Source: Botryllus schlosseri
Lineage: Eukaryota
DNA: 64,000 bases
Direction: 5' to 3'
Assembly: GCA_051294905.1 (NCBI GenBank)
Contig: CM119373.1
Span: forward strand, 3,722,001-3,786,000
The notes below the pieces were generated by a model. It was not told the DNA's origin, made no database searches, and saw only the letters and a program-made list of their open reading frames with translations. The first letter of the stretch is position 1; every line of letters starts with the position of its first letter. The translations under genes and the position numbers were made by a program. Below are positions 32,701 through 47,800 of this stretch, one piece after another.

Positions 32701-35700
32701 TCTGTGGTTCTCAACCGCCCGTCAGTCAGTTATATTGGCATTTTATATGTTAGTTCCAGAATGCGTGAAGTCGGACGCTTTTCCATTAATTAGAGAAAGA
32801 AACATCAAAGATTAGATTCATTGAGAAGTGTGGAACGTATGTTCTTATGGAGACGCAATAGAGAGTTCATGATCTACTTTGGGCGCGCGTCACAATGTTG
32901 CTGTTAGTGTTACATGAAACAGTTTAAAAGTATAGCCAACAGCTGGTTTCGAGTTATATGTGACAGCTACGGAGACCTTTAAACAAAACTTCGTTAAATT
33001 CCAACAATGCAATTATGCAGTATATAAAAAGGCTAAAGCAGTCAGCAAATTTGCATTTCTTTCAAAGGATACCAGACAATCACGATAAAGCTAGTGACCT
33101 TTAACAGGACTTCTCGAGATTCGCCGTACAGAATCTTCAATAGAGCCCGTATAAATACCCGATTTCTAAAAGACATCAATATATGAAGTTTCCTGTATCA
33201 TATTTGAGTCTCATAGATTTTTCGAACTCGAATTAAGGGTTAATCTTGATTTCCGAAGGTTCACCGGTCCGCAACATTTGTTTTGAATTTTTACCGGTCC
33301 GCGAGGTTAAAAAGGCCGAGAACCAGCGGCTTTAACTTATAACTCTAATGTGAACTACATTAATGATTGTGCGTAGCTCACCTTTTTGAATGTTCCTCCA
33401 GTCGATTATAACGTAATCGTCCCTATCGAGACGGCTTTGTTCGTGCCAAAACCCAAGAGAATGCATGATTTCGTGGACGATTATCCCCACATGACCGCAG
33501 CCGTACCCGATCGATACCTGGTTGGTCAAAACAATTGGAAAGGAAATGCAACGATAGTGTACCGAACTTATTTAGAAGTTGTGAAGTAGTGCACTTGGTC
33601 TGTTTTTGTTTCTCGTTTATTGGGATATTCAGAAATTATTGACCTTTCTACTGGCGCAATAAGTAGGCTAATCAGTATTAATGGCGTTAGTTTAGGATTG
33701 TTTCTGCGTAAATTTGTAATATTTGCATTGCTAGTTAGGACAATGCGCGCAGCATGTGTACAGCATCTGTTGGACTGCATGGATTCCAAGGTAGGAGAAA
33801 GCTATCGAAACTGCATTCGATTCGGCTTAATTCGGAGACTTTGGTTCCGCTCACTTTTTGTCGAATCACGTGGAAAATCAATTGCACGTTTCATGGTTGT
33901 GCGTGAAGGCAGGCAATGCATTGAAAATACTGTACAGTTGGGTAATAAATACACTGAAGCTGCACTATGCTGCATAATTAGTACTGATCGCATAAAACGC
34001 ACCATATTTCAGGCTCGTTGCATTGTATGCTATTTCGATTCCAAACGATTCAACTAATACCATAGCACTGGTCAGTAGCATTTATTTGCTCCTTGTGCAC
34101 ATCGATACATTGATTCTGTGTAACTGTGATATCTTCCATATCTTCTCTTAATATTGCTGCTCCATGAATATTGCACTTTGCACGACATATTTTGCTATCC
34201 TGTTCAGTTGTCAGTTTATGACATTATTTTCTGTAGTTGTTAGTTTGTGACGTTATTTTCTTTGAACAACCATTTACTCTGGTACCGGTTGACTCGAAGA
34301 TCATTATGATCATATCACCGGTACCAGTCAATACCGATACCGAAGCACTGTTTGTTTGTTGCATCATGCAAGTTGCATGTTAATACTTTCATTTTGCCGT
34401 CATCGGTTGACGAAATAAATCTCTCTCTCTCTCTCTCTCAACAACGCGATGCCAGTGGGCGCCAGGTCGCCCGTCAGGACCAAATGAGTCGCCCGCGGTT
34501 ACAGCAACAAATATTAAAATGGGAGCTGTAAAGGTCGAAGCGGAGAAGCATGGCCTGAAAAACTTTTTTGACCTAAAAACTGACAAATATTTAGATACAA
34601 AATTTTTATTTTAACGAAATCTGTACCTATGAAGAATTCCAGTACTTACATCACGCATTATGGTAGAAATAATTAAAATTTATTGTAGATAAAGGAAGAA
34701 AAACCAGGGTTGTAATGACTCGAGTCATGACTCGAGTCCCCATTTTCTGGTGACTCAACTTGACTCGAGTCATTTTCTCAAAATACGGAAATGACTCGAC
34801 TCGAGTCAATCCGTGTATTGACTCGACTTGGACTCGAGTCATTGCGCATGACTCGAACCAAGTCATATGACTCGAGAGTCACGCGGCCAAGACTGACATT
34901 TCATTGTAACTTCGAAGAACAGTAATGTAAACACCCTACTGGGATTTCGTATATTGGTACTGCTACTTGAAAATGCGACCTAAGTTGCTGAAGATTACCC
35001 CTGGCGAGTGTCAGCCGAAAATATTCGGGTTTCATTTCAATATGAATATACTATTCAATTGCATACTGAAGCTCTGTACCTCCAAGATGCTCTGTTAAAA
35101 GCCAGGAAAATTAGTGTGTTATTAATGCGAATCATTCGATATCACCAAACAGGGTTATAAAAGTGGGTTTAGCAAGACTTTAACTTGTAACTGAGCAGTC
35201 AACACGATGACTTGGACACGGACTCGAGTCATAATACCACGACACGGACTAGAACCTCTGCTCGATGACTTGGACTCGGACTTGACTCGGTGGTGAATTG
35301 ATAATGACTCGACTTGACTCGAGTCAAAACTATAAAAGTGAGATTTACTTGTGACTCGGAGCTTTGCGACTTGGTTACAACCCTGCGAAAAATACTTTCC
35401 TACATTCTCGGGTATAAAGTGTCTGTCCTTACTAAGTAGCTTGCCAAGAATGGAGGAAAAACGTTCAACAGCAGCAGCCGTTGGCTGGCAACACCGAAGT
35501 TGTGCGTACATTGCTGGTGACACACCGTGTTGCTTTATTCTGACAGTGTTGTCTACATCGCAATTGTTCATCCTGCGCTCCTTGATATAAGAACCAGTAG
35601 TGAGCGGATATTTATTTCTGAGAATCCGAATCCGTCCGACAGCTCCATTCTCTGACCTTGACTGTGTAAAAAATTTTGACAATATTTCGACCTAACGCTA

Positions 35701-38700
35701 CAATTTTGAAATTTTTGAGACTTTTTTTGACTTGTCAAAAAAATCACCCCAGTCGTAACCTGACGTTAGGAATTGCGATCCTGCGTCTGAATTAAGTGGA
35801 TAATTGTCCGAACTCTACGTAGTTTTTGATACGATTTTAACTTGTATTCAGTTCCCATGCATTTCGGCTGAATAAACCGTCTGTCCGGGTATTCCGGTGT
35901 CCGAATTGAGCGGATTCGACTGTATGTAGCTCTTGGTATGTCATGGTAGTAATCGAAAATAACTTCTCTCTCTACACGACTCGAAGCATGACTTAAAACT
36001 CGATATCTCCCAGCGCTAAAAAATAATTCATGCTATTCACCACATTTCCGCGCGGTGACTTTCCAACTGGCGAAGAGCAGCCTTGTCCCCGTACGAATCG
36101 GAGATAGTACGTATGCCGCATGTCCTCTACGGCAGGCGTCAGCTGAATGCATGATTTCTCGGCCACGTGTGCGATCGCCTGTTGGAAATTCCTTGCTTCC
36201 GTATCAGCTGCACGAAGAACGGATGATAGTTGCTAGACCCCACGATTAGGGTTGTAATGAATTGAGTCTCGATTTTTGGTTACTCGACTTCACTCGGGTC
36301 ATTGTGCATGACTCGAGACTAGAACGGCCATGACAGTCATTTCATTGTAACTATATGGAGAATAGTATTCCGTCTATCAGTCCTGACACTTAGAAAATAG
36401 TGAGGTAAAATTATACTACGAATGCGCGCCATTCTATATCACTCGAGCAGAGTTGAAAAATTTGCGTCGAATCGGGCTGAACTCAAAACTGAACAGTGAA
36501 CATAATGCCTTGGACTCGGACTCGAGTCAAAATACTATGACTCGGACTCGACCCTCTACTAGCTGACTTGGACTCGGACTCGACTCGTTGGTGAATTGAA
36601 AATGACTCGCGTCAAAGCTATAAAAGTGGGTTTGAATCCGACCGAGGTCGACTTCAGAATTCCAATGATACTCAAGTGTTAGAGGTTTATCTAGGCTCCT
36701 CCTCGCCACCTCATTCGCGTAAGCGGTGTCTTACAAAAATCCTTGAAGTGGGCCGTGCTATAACTCGGCAGTTACGGAAAAAATGAAGAATATTGGCCTG
36801 GTGTAAATGACCATTGTAGTCGACAAACATCATGTATACCGCAAAAACAAAAACATAACCATCAGAAGACGTGTGCCAAGGCTTGAGTTATAAAAGTGCA
36901 AATGTTTGAACCACCTGAAATCAGCGTCATAATAGCACATATCCCATAAAAATTCGGACATTCTGACTCGCACAAATCGTCGCCGAGGCTTAAGACGCGC
37001 ATATTTAATTGCTCGACGCGTTGATCAGCGCGCGTATTGAATTGTTCACGACAGAGCAGGGAGTCGCTAATTAACAGTACTTCCGGACTCGTCGACAACG
37101 TTATCATACGCGTATAATCGTCAAAACGAGGAGATTGCATAATCTTTATTTACGCATGTAGGCTACTTAACCCTAACGAGTTGTTGCTATATTAGTAAAT
37201 TCGAAAAAAAAACGAAACCCCTCCTTTTTATTTCGAAACCGCCTCCTGATTTTTCGGCTGGCTGCACGCCTGATTAGTCATTGCATTTTGTGAGATGATT
37301 GAAGTATACAGATTGAGTCACTATTTATTCTGGATCGAGTAGCGAAAATGCAGATGCAGAGGATATTATATGATTGCAAAAGGTCGTTTTATCGCTCACA
37401 CACGCATAGAACTTCTAAACTACGCAGGTTACTGTGGCCCAGTCTATAGTTATTTGCGGAGAGAATTGTAAACGTCAGAAAGTCGAAACAAATGGATACG
37501 ATGCTATACGCAACCCACGTACGTATCCAAAACACAAAATGTTTGCTTACACCAATTTTTGACGAGTCATATAAATGAGGGTTATATTATTTTAGGATCC
37601 GAAAATGACGACCCTTTTCAAAAATTTTAAAAGCTCTAGTGCCGGAAGAGAAAAGTGGTGATTTCGAAATTTTTTGACCAATAGTACTGTGTTGACTAAG
37701 AAATGTCATTTTCCCATATTTACTCCCGAAATGCTTCTACGGATACTAGGGATGGTGCGAACCTCTGAAAGGTTCAGGTTCGAGTGAACGCGAACGTGAA
37801 CCTCTAGACGTCACGTAATGTCAGATTGCTAATTCCAACCCTACATTTCAGTGAAGTGATATATATTAATGTAGGGTACAGTCGCTACACGATACCTATA
37901 GCGACGACTCGGACCACATAATACCACAATGTGGAGGTAAATACTGACTGTTTAAACGTCGCCAAATGTATCAACTGGAGCAATCAACTGATATCATAAT
38001 GACATAAATCAAAATCAAAATTTTGATTATCAATAAAATAGTATTTACGGTGATCAATTCTTAATTATTTATTATAGGTTTATTTATTATGGGCACCACC
38101 GTAAAAACTATTTTATTCAAATCCAAATTTTTCGACGGCAATAACTCCGCTTCCAGTGGTTGGAATTGAACCGAATTTGGTGAACATCGTTTCTATAGAC
38201 AACCTAACACTTTAATGGGGCGAACAGAAAATTTTGAAATTTTTGTTTATCTATTTTTATATAATAAATAGAAACTGTCTTCTCCTGTAGCAATGCGGTT
38301 ACCAGCTGGAATTCAACCGAATTTAGTGTGTAGGCTTAAATTAGGTAACCTAACAATTTTATCAAGTAGCCAGTAAAATCTGAGAAAAATAGTCATTTTT
38401 GAACACCCTATTGTACATAATGTGCACGAAACCGATTGGTTATGACTTGAAATTGACATCTCCAAATTTCGCCCCGAGTCACGAGTCAATCCACATTTCT
38501 GAACCACGAGTCAAGTCAAGTCTTTGTTGCAAAGTGACTCGAGTCAAGTAAGTCACATGAAAATGTTGTCGAGTCTTCCTAAAGCTGTCGTGCAGTCACG
38601 TGTTTTGCATCCATCATTTGGTATTAGTTATGTATAATTTGGTGCCCGTTTCAATATGTACCATATCAACTATAACTCACAGAATGTAATTTCAGACGTG

Positions 38701-38863
38701 TCGTAGTATACAAGGTACTTGTCTCCAGACGGGTCGTCCTGAAAACGTTCCGCCATTCTGGCTCCGGCGCTGTAAGAGCCATCTGGCGTATTCCAGTTTG
38801 TCAGCCTCACTTGCGCGATGTTTATTGTTCGCTCGTTGAGCGAGATGTCCATTTCAAAAACTC
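26787..38863 (-). CDS. Astacin catalytic, Thr-rich and ShK exons (high-confidence core of the gene above)
   Basis: Six in-phase exons: GVFEMDISL..., ...SCIQLTP...GQGCSSPVG..., [33 protein letters not shown]..., ...[16 protein letters not shown]...[21 protein letters not shown] + Thr tract + 2 ShK, and terminal [35 protein letters not shown]. Confidence 0.93.
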
Positions 38864-41800
38864 CTGTAAATATCGGTATACAAACATATTCAACCGACTA
38901 TTACTGGGCTCTTCAACCGGGTGTATCGTATACACTCCAGGGTGTAGCGTAATTTTTAAAGGGTGTACCACGCAGATGGGGTGTACACTGTAGAGAAGGG
39001 TTGTTCAAAAATAACTTGTTTTTCTTAATTTCACACGCTTAGTGATAAAAATTGTCAGCTTGCCTAAAAAAAACGCTACACACCAAATTTCAGTCAATTC
39101 CGACCAGTAAAGGCCGTGCAATCTTGAATTGAAATTTCGATCATTTTTGAATTTGAAATGTCATTGTCAACGTCATGGTGTGTTGTGACGCGGTAACGGC
39201 CGACGCCAAAATGCTGATCTCCATAAATTAAGCGCTTTTTCGGGGTTAACTTACGAAATAATTTTGGACGCCCTTTGAGCTCGGGCCCCCTCCAATTGGG
39301 GGTTTTGAGATGCGCCAGTTTGCGGCCCTGTGTTTAGTGCTCCATACCGTCTTTGAATTTCAGCTCTCGGCATTATTTTTTGACATGCCCGTAGGCTGCG
39401 TAATCGCGGCATATTAATGAACAGGTTTCAAAGTAAACCAATTTCCGGCTCAGTTTACACAGCTTATGGTTTTATTCCACGCAGATATATATTTAAAACT
39501 AGGTTTTATGTTTTGAATGCCAAGCAACGGGCTCGCGGGCCGCACTTTGCCCAGGTCTGGTCTAGGCTATTATCTTCTTGATGTTTTTGTGGCATATACA
39601 CCGATTCACGATATACAGACTCACGATTTGTGCATATGCATACCATGAGTACATGATATGCATTTACCGCTGGAAAAGGAAGGTGCAGATATAACCTTGC
39701 GAGACTTTCTAAGTCTTGCACATCCCATCCATGCTGTACCGGTAACGCTGAGCGCCAAGTTGGGAAGTCATAGATACCAGAGTTACTCACCAGGTCGTTG
39801 GTCTTACCCGACTGGGGATTGACGCCATGACCCAGCGATCAGTAAGCCGGACCATGAACTACGTTGTACTTTTCAAAATTCAATGCGTAAAAGGTAAGTC
39901 TGCCTAAAAACTGGTCTTATGGGAGTGAAAGCACTCTGAAATACAACAACGTGAGTAAGTAGTGCCCGTGAAACTAACAGCTAAACCTTCATCAGTAGGC
40001 TACTCCGGAAATATAGAAGCAGACTTCGTTATTGACCATCCCTGTCGTATACTCCACTTTATTATGATGTTGCATCTCTCTATACTGCTGCGTTCTTGAT
40101 TGATGATATTTGTGTGATTATCTCTTACTACTATCTCTATCTCTCTAATAGTTTCCTCAAACGCATGATCTCGTCTTCTTGTTGTTGTGATAGTGCGACG
40201 TGCGTGCAAGAATGTATTAGCACCCACGTCTTGCGAGTTGTTGGAGCGATAGGGATTAGGCTAGTCGATGCGACTGAACTTTTGTATTTCAGCTTGATCA
40301 TTTACTACGGTATTTAACCTATGAATAAATGCAAAGTTGCACAATATTGAACGCTCATGCTACCATACCTCCGGTAGTCATGTTGCATTCACACATGAAG
40401 CATCCAAAATCATCGACGTTGTAAACGGCGCATCTGGTCTCGCCGCAGTCTGTGCGTGGGTTAACGGTGCAGGCCGGGATCGGATCGCTAACACCATCTG
40501 ACGGAATGTGATGGAGATTATTGGCGGTAAATATATATCTTGTGATATTCAAACTTGCGCATAATTAAACTAATTAGAGTGAAATAGTAATCTATTTCTA
40601 CTCTAATATGTGAAATGTTTATTTGCTCATATTTTAATTCTAGTCTAATTTCTGGTTTCCTGAAAATGCTACAGGGTATCTATATAAATATAGATTGTAT
40701 ATAAATTGTTTACAAAGTTAAAACTTTTTTTGCCACCTGCATTTCGTTTGTATCATAGATTTTGCACTGTTAGTGAACTTATCATTTGACATTTTACGGC
40801 GTGTAGCCTACTTCATAGGCCTACCGTCGTACACGGCGCATTTTCTGCTCATTGTGAATCGTGAACATTCAAATGAAACACATAGGTTGACGTGGTGTTA
40901 TGCTAAACGTACCGCAATATCACAACTGAAGCAAGACTGCGTGGTCATTGCATGATGGTTCTTACATCAAGAAGCGCATGATGAGAAATTGTGCTATAGA
41001 CACCATTGCCAGTATGAAGCAACACGGTTTGTCACTACGTTCTTTTTCCATTATTGGCAAGCTACTTTGTAAGGACTGACACACTATCTACCCGAGAATG
41101 TAGGAAAGTATCTGTCGATGTACTACAATCTTTTTCATTTCCACCATGATGTGTAATGTAACTACTGGAATTCTCCATAGGGCCAGATTTCGCTAAAATT
41201 AAGTTTTTTCGTGTTAAAATTTGTCAGTTTTTGAGGCAAAAAGTTTTTTTTCAGGCCAAACTACTTCGTAATGACAGACAGTTCCAACCAGAAATGAAGA
41301 TAAGTAGTACAATTCTAACATTATATGGGAAAACACCTACCGTAATTTGCTTATGTTAGGTCAAGTTTGGTCAAAATTAAGATTTTTAATGTCAAAAATT
41401 TGATTTTTTAGGTCAAAATCTTCCGTTTTTGAGGTCAAATAAAAAATCGCTCTAGTGTTTATTGGGCGCTGTATGCATACGTTATGTATGATCAAATCAC
41501 GTTTTCCCATAGTCTCTCGCAATGTGAGTTTATTCCTTGTAGAATGATCATAATGACCGTTCAATAATTAATTGTTTGCAAATAACGAATGATAACTAGG
41601 GCAATTTTTTTTGACCTAAAAAACGGAAGATTTTTACCTAAAAAATCTAAATTTTGACCTTTTTTTGACCTAAAAAAACTGAAATTTGACCAAATTTTGA
41701 CCTCACGTGTGCAAATTAGGTGATTTCGCATATAATGTTAAAATTGTACTACTTATCTTCATTTCTGGTTGGAACTGTCTGTCCTTACAAAGTAAATTGG

Positions 41801-44800
41801 CCTGAAAAAACGTTTTTGGCTCAAAAACTGACAGATTTCTACATGAAAAAACTAGTATTTTAACGAAATCTGGCCCTATGAAGAATTCCAGTAGTTACAT
41901 TACGTATTCTGGTGGAAATAATTAAAATTTGTTGTAGTCCAACGAAAGATCCTTTCCAGCATTATTGGGTAGAAAGTGTCTGTCCTTACTACGTAGCTTG
42001 CCAAGAACGGAGAAAGAACGTCCAACAGCAGCATTTGTTGGATGACAACACTCAAGCTGACAACACTGCTGGTGACAAACCGTGTTGCTTCATTCTGACA
42101 ATGTTGTCTATATCACAATTTTTCAGCTTGCGCTTCTTGATTTAAGAACCATGCAATGTCCAAGCAGTCTTGCTTCAGCTAGGATATTGCGGTACGTTGA
42201 CCATAAAACCATGTTACTATTTGTTTCATTTGACCATATATGATTCACAATGAGCAGACGATGGTCCGTTTACAACGGTAGGCCTATAAAGTAGGCTACA
42301 AGCTGTAAAATATCAAATGATAAGTTCACCGACAGCGCACAATCTACGATACAAACGAAATGCAGAGGTCAAAAAATGTTTGACTTTGTAAACAATTTTG
42401 ACAAATTTTGACCTAACGCTACAATTTTGACCTAATTTTGACTTTTTTTGACATGTCAAAAAAAAATTGCCCTAATGATAACACTATATTGCAGTGGTCG
42501 GGAACCTTTTTCGTCCGAAGAGCCATATTGGCCCTGTTTATTCCATCTCAACTCTCAAAGAGCCATACATTCCAATCAACTGTTACGTCACGATTGGAAT
42601 TCGTGACGTCATGGTAGCACGAATTCGAACTCACTACATGGGATTCCTCGTGTGCGCCACATTTTCTCTGTAGAAACTGGTATTTATTGTTCGAAAATAA
42701 AGCTCGAAACGAGAGGTAAGACGCAGACGCGCCAGGCCTCACCAATGATAACGTATGTAGCTTAGAATTTATTATAACTGTGACTGTCACACTGATTCCG
42801 AAAATATAAATACTGACATAACGTTGCGCTACACGCATATATTTTGGCGCCGTTACTACATATAACGTAGCGAACGTGGAACGTGGATATACCTATGGCG
42901 TTGTTTGTAATTCGAGTTTGGAATCGTTATAATGTCACATTCATAACAGTTCATTTCGCGCCGTAGAACACGAAGACAATGTGAATTTGAGAACTGCGTT
43001 ATGAAATGAGCGTTGCAAAGCCTGCTATGTTCTTTGATTCAACGTATCGCACAATTCAAGATTTCGATTCGGATACATCGCCAGGAGCTTTGAATCACCA
43101 GTCATTTCAATGGCATGGGTTCGAATCCCATTGCTGCCATCACGCCAGGATACAGAGCCTGTACTCCCTGTTGCACCACGAAACGATCTCGACACACGAT
43201 AAACGCTTATTACTGAAGAGACATCCTAACAGCACGAGTAGTCGTTATATAAGGCAACTAAATATACAGCGCAATCAGAGAACTAATCAATAGCCTGCCA
43301 ATTAACAGGAGCCGAGGTCCAAGGTTTGGCTCCAGTATAACACAAACAATACTGGTACTGGCGCATAGAATTCGCGAGTGATATTGGCCGGCGGCGTGAC
43401 TGTAACTTAAATTTTATTATTTTGAAGAGAGGGGGTCCGAGCCCCTAAACCTGAAGAAGGCATTGTCATTACCTCTCGAAGACATGCTTATACTGCCACG
43501 AGAATAACTGTTTTGGCCGTTTTGAAAATTTACCAACAAGTCGCTGCAATATTAATCAATTCAGAACAAAAATATATATTCGGCAAAGAGCCATATCTTA
43601 TACCCAAAAGAGCCATATATGGCTCGCGAGCCATAGGTTCCCGACCACTGCTATATTGTGTTCGTTTTTCTACGTTATAGGCTACATTTTCTTTATTTTA
43701 TGATCATGCAATGAATTACATATCAATCACGAATGAATTGCTAATTAGAGGATTGAGATTTGCCTTTTGGTATCGGTAAGTGTTCGAAAGATATAATTGC
43801 TTCAATATATCAATACATCAGTCTGTTAGATTATTGGAATGTGGTTTTACCCTGTATTCAAAGTCGAAAGATAAGCCATACGCACTCACCTGTTGGAGGT
43901 ATGGTCCTTGATGCTGAAAATATATTACAGTGATAAGTAATAATTTGCAACAGCCGAATTTGAGCCGTTTTCTCATGTGCGGACTGTATCAATTCATATA
44001 ATTATACACGGTTTTGCATCTGAAGCTCGCAACGACCATGGATGCAATTTATAATTGTTGATATTAACATTCGGCATGCGCAATCTAATCTACGGCTTAT
44101 AGTTATTTTGTAGAGATAGGGAGGTTCAAAGAAGAGTAGGCTACCATACTCACTCATTTCTTCGCAAGAGAAAAAGTCAATACGAAGACATCCCGCGCCG
44201 TGTTTAAGGACAGGCATAACTCTGACTAGTTTGGCGAATATTGGCATTGCGAAATCTTGCATTACGTCCGTTGTGTCGTTTTCATTACCGGTGAATATCT
44301 GTACACAAATTATTATCGATAACTTTTAATTCGCGGGTCAACCTTGTACAAAGTACCAATCCAAAGTTTTTTTTTCTAGTTCTAGTTGCTAATTTTGAAA
44401 TGTGAGTAGTTCCACTTCTAGTTCTAGTGGCGCATTAAAATATTTGTAAAACAACCAGATCTGAACTGGAACTGAATGGTGATACCGATATTTTGTTGTG
44501 TGGTGTTCTTGCGCCCATAACTATAGCTCGGAGTCGACACTATTGACAGTGGCATAGTTAGGGATGTGGTTTTAGGGGTCGAAACGTCACCCATTTCAAA
44601 CTGGAATTCCCGTCCATTTGACATATCGACTCTATCTGCAATATTTTTTAGATAATTTGGAATTCAGTCATTCGTGTCATCAGTTCTTAGTTAGTTGGTT
44701 ACGGCTTTTTAAAGGGCGTTAATTCTGCATATATTGGTCAATGAAGAAATATTTGGAATGTATATGTTCGAAGGTAAATAATGATAATGATATATTGTAA

Positions 44801-47800
44801 GAGTTGATCATAGCAAACACCGCCATTCTTTTACCTCTGATCTGGAATGATTTTTCGCAAAGTAATTTTGTCCGATATCATTTTCATAGTAGACGTTTAA
44901 GGTTTGTACCCAACTGCCGTCAAATCCGCCTATTTTGAATCCGCCAATCTTCGTAGGATGCATAAATTGAATCTGGTAGAACATAATATAGTATTATAAT
45001 ACAGAAATCACATATATAGTTCATATACAAAGTCGAAAAATACTGGTTTCCTCATTTTATACCCTTTTTGCATATTTTTCGAAATGTCTATATCTATCTC
45101 CGTGTATGTCCTTCATTCACACTGGGACGAGTGTAAATGCCGAATTAAGTAGGTTACCAGAATGCACCGGTGAATGAATTTGCATACATCAGTACTATCG
45201 TGAAAATATAGAAAATACAACCGTTAATTTACACTGTATACATTTGACGAGACAGTTGCAGCGCGTCAATATATATTGCATAATACAGTATCTTCATATT
45301 GAAATTAACCCGAATATTTTCGGCTGATAAATCGGTTTCAGTTTAATATGAATATATTATGCAAGTGTAAACATTGTGGGTTCGGTCTCTTCATACAATT
45401 ACATCCAGGGCCGTAACAGCACTTCGCCAGGCCCCCCCAAAACCTTGGTCTTCGGCCCCCCATATGTTGATGAACCGAACTTCTGGGGGGCTTCACCCCC
45501 CAGAACCCCCTCAGGCTGTTCGCTAATTACCGCTACTTACATATCATCTGCATTGAGGGCCGTTTAGTGGGTCAGCTTTTCTCGCAGAAACGCGCGAAGC
45601 GCGAAAAATTTCTTTAAATTCATGATTCAATAGGTCAAAAAGGTTCGGGAATTGCATATATGTTGCTGTCTATTTTTATCCTCTCTCTGCTCACGTAATC
45701 ACATTTACAGGTAGAGCTGAGTGAGGTGTGTTTGAAGAGGTATTACCCCTAAATTTTGTAATTAAACATCTTCGGGCGTATATCCGCTGGCAGGAACGAA
45801 ACAGCACTTCGTCAGGCCCAGCAAAAATCTTGGGTCTTGGGCTCCCATATGGTGATAAACCTACCCCACATCATCTTGTTCGCTTTTGCCACGACATGAG
45901 TGGTAGGCTACTGCCGAGTGAGCCACCGCGAAGCGCAAAAATTTTCGAAAATTCATGATAAAATCGGTGAATTGATCGGGAATTGCAAATATATTGCTAT
46001 AAACTTCTTGTCCTCTCAGCTCAGGTAATCAGATTTACCGGTAGAGCTGAGTGAGGTGTCTTGGAAACTGTATAGGGCCCGTTGGTATAAATCTTTAACA
46101 TGATTTCGTGACCTCCTGTCTGCTATATAAAAAAATATAGAATCGCCATAACGTAAGCTAGGAAACTAAAAGACGCACACAATTTCAAATTGGTATTTCT
46201 TCACTGGCATATAATTTTTCCCTGCGGGATGGTATTTGTCTTGTGAGGCTCAAATTGCCAAGACAGTATTTTGTATGTATAACGAAGTTTTCGTTCAGCA
46301 TTAGGGCAGTCCTTTTCGGCCAAGGTTTTCTCGCTGCCGATCGTTCTGGCACACTTCTTGGAGTCGCATGTTACATGGCCTACTTTATATGTCTTGGTGG
46401 GTCGTGGCGCAGTAATGGCCAACGCCGGTATGCCCATTTCTATAAATCCTGCGTATTTTTTCTTGGGGGAAGAGGCGCGAAAATTTTTTGAAAAAGTTGC
46501 ATAAATTTTCAAAAAATACTCTATAATTTATGCTAATTCACGAAATAATTTTGGGCCCCCTTCGAGCTCGCCCCCCCCCAATTGGGGGGTTTGGGGTGCG
46601 GCAGTTACGGGCCTGATTACATCATGATGAAGCCATCGGAATCTGGATAATGAGCAGGCAGCGACATTACCTCGAGATAGTTGCCATCGTTAGTAGCACA
46701 CCACGCAGAAGAAGTGTCAGCTAGACGGGACTGTAACGGCGTAGATGGCGGATGAGACGAGACTATTGGTTCCGAGCGAACATCGTCAGTAATCAGATAC
46801 TCTCCGCATTCTGTTTTAAAGCATTTGCACGATTAATATTGAGACAGAAGGAATTGTTGATATAACGGAAACGAGTTCGAACTTCGTAACAATCAAACTT
46901 CAGCGAGCATATATTGCTGAATTAACCTCGTGGTTTATACGATACGTGCTATTATATTAGGTCATACGTAATGATATGTTATAAGTTTATCTCTCTATTG
47001 CATATGCTGTATTGGCAGCTATATAATCTATCGCTGCAAGCAATACGAATAAGATTAAGATTCTAGTAAGGAATCCCGATAAGCATTTTACGACCCTTCC
47101 AACCTACGTTATTATAGCCTACTAACCATTTTATAAGGAATTTCATTCTCATATTATATAGCAGTTGTGCACCATATATATTCCTACATATCTCGGCTCT
47201 ACCAAGTTTTTATGTATCGGAGGTTTCTCTGGGTGCCTCATCGTTAACCTCACTGCCGTAGAAGTGTTTCAAAAGCCCAGAGTGAAGGTGAGCCGAGCCA
47301 AAAGTAGACCGCAAAGTTCAAGCTATGGTCGCATGAAAGACGAGCGTGACCGATGATGAAAGAGTGGGAGATTTGAAGACGTTGGAAACATTACAAGGCC
47401 TGGCAGTAGCCTTCCTTGAAAATTGAACGCGTAACCTTTTCTATGTATAGGTTGCCAAGAAAGGGTACATGGTATATAAAACGGACTACATATCAGAAAG
47501 GAAACCTCAAATCACAAGACTCATGTTGTACAGCTGTTGTGCACCCTTTATATTCCTATATATCTCAACTATCCAGTATCCTCCATTGATAATTGAACGC
47601 GTAACCTAGTCTGAGTAGTTTTTCAAGAAAGAGTATACGGACCGCCTACCATTTAGGAGATATAAAATCGGGAGACACATTTTAGACAGAGCTGGTCAAA
47701 GTATCGTTAGCATTACTAGTGTTGTAGATTAGGAAGTAATGCTATAGTTTTCTTACTTAATTACAGGGTGAAGTAGCGATTTGTAAGGCATTCGAAAACT

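Noticed and set aside
35155..35682. 175-aa ORF as a host gene
   Set aside because: Chimera of an hAT C-terminal remnant and a GACTCGAGTC MITE.
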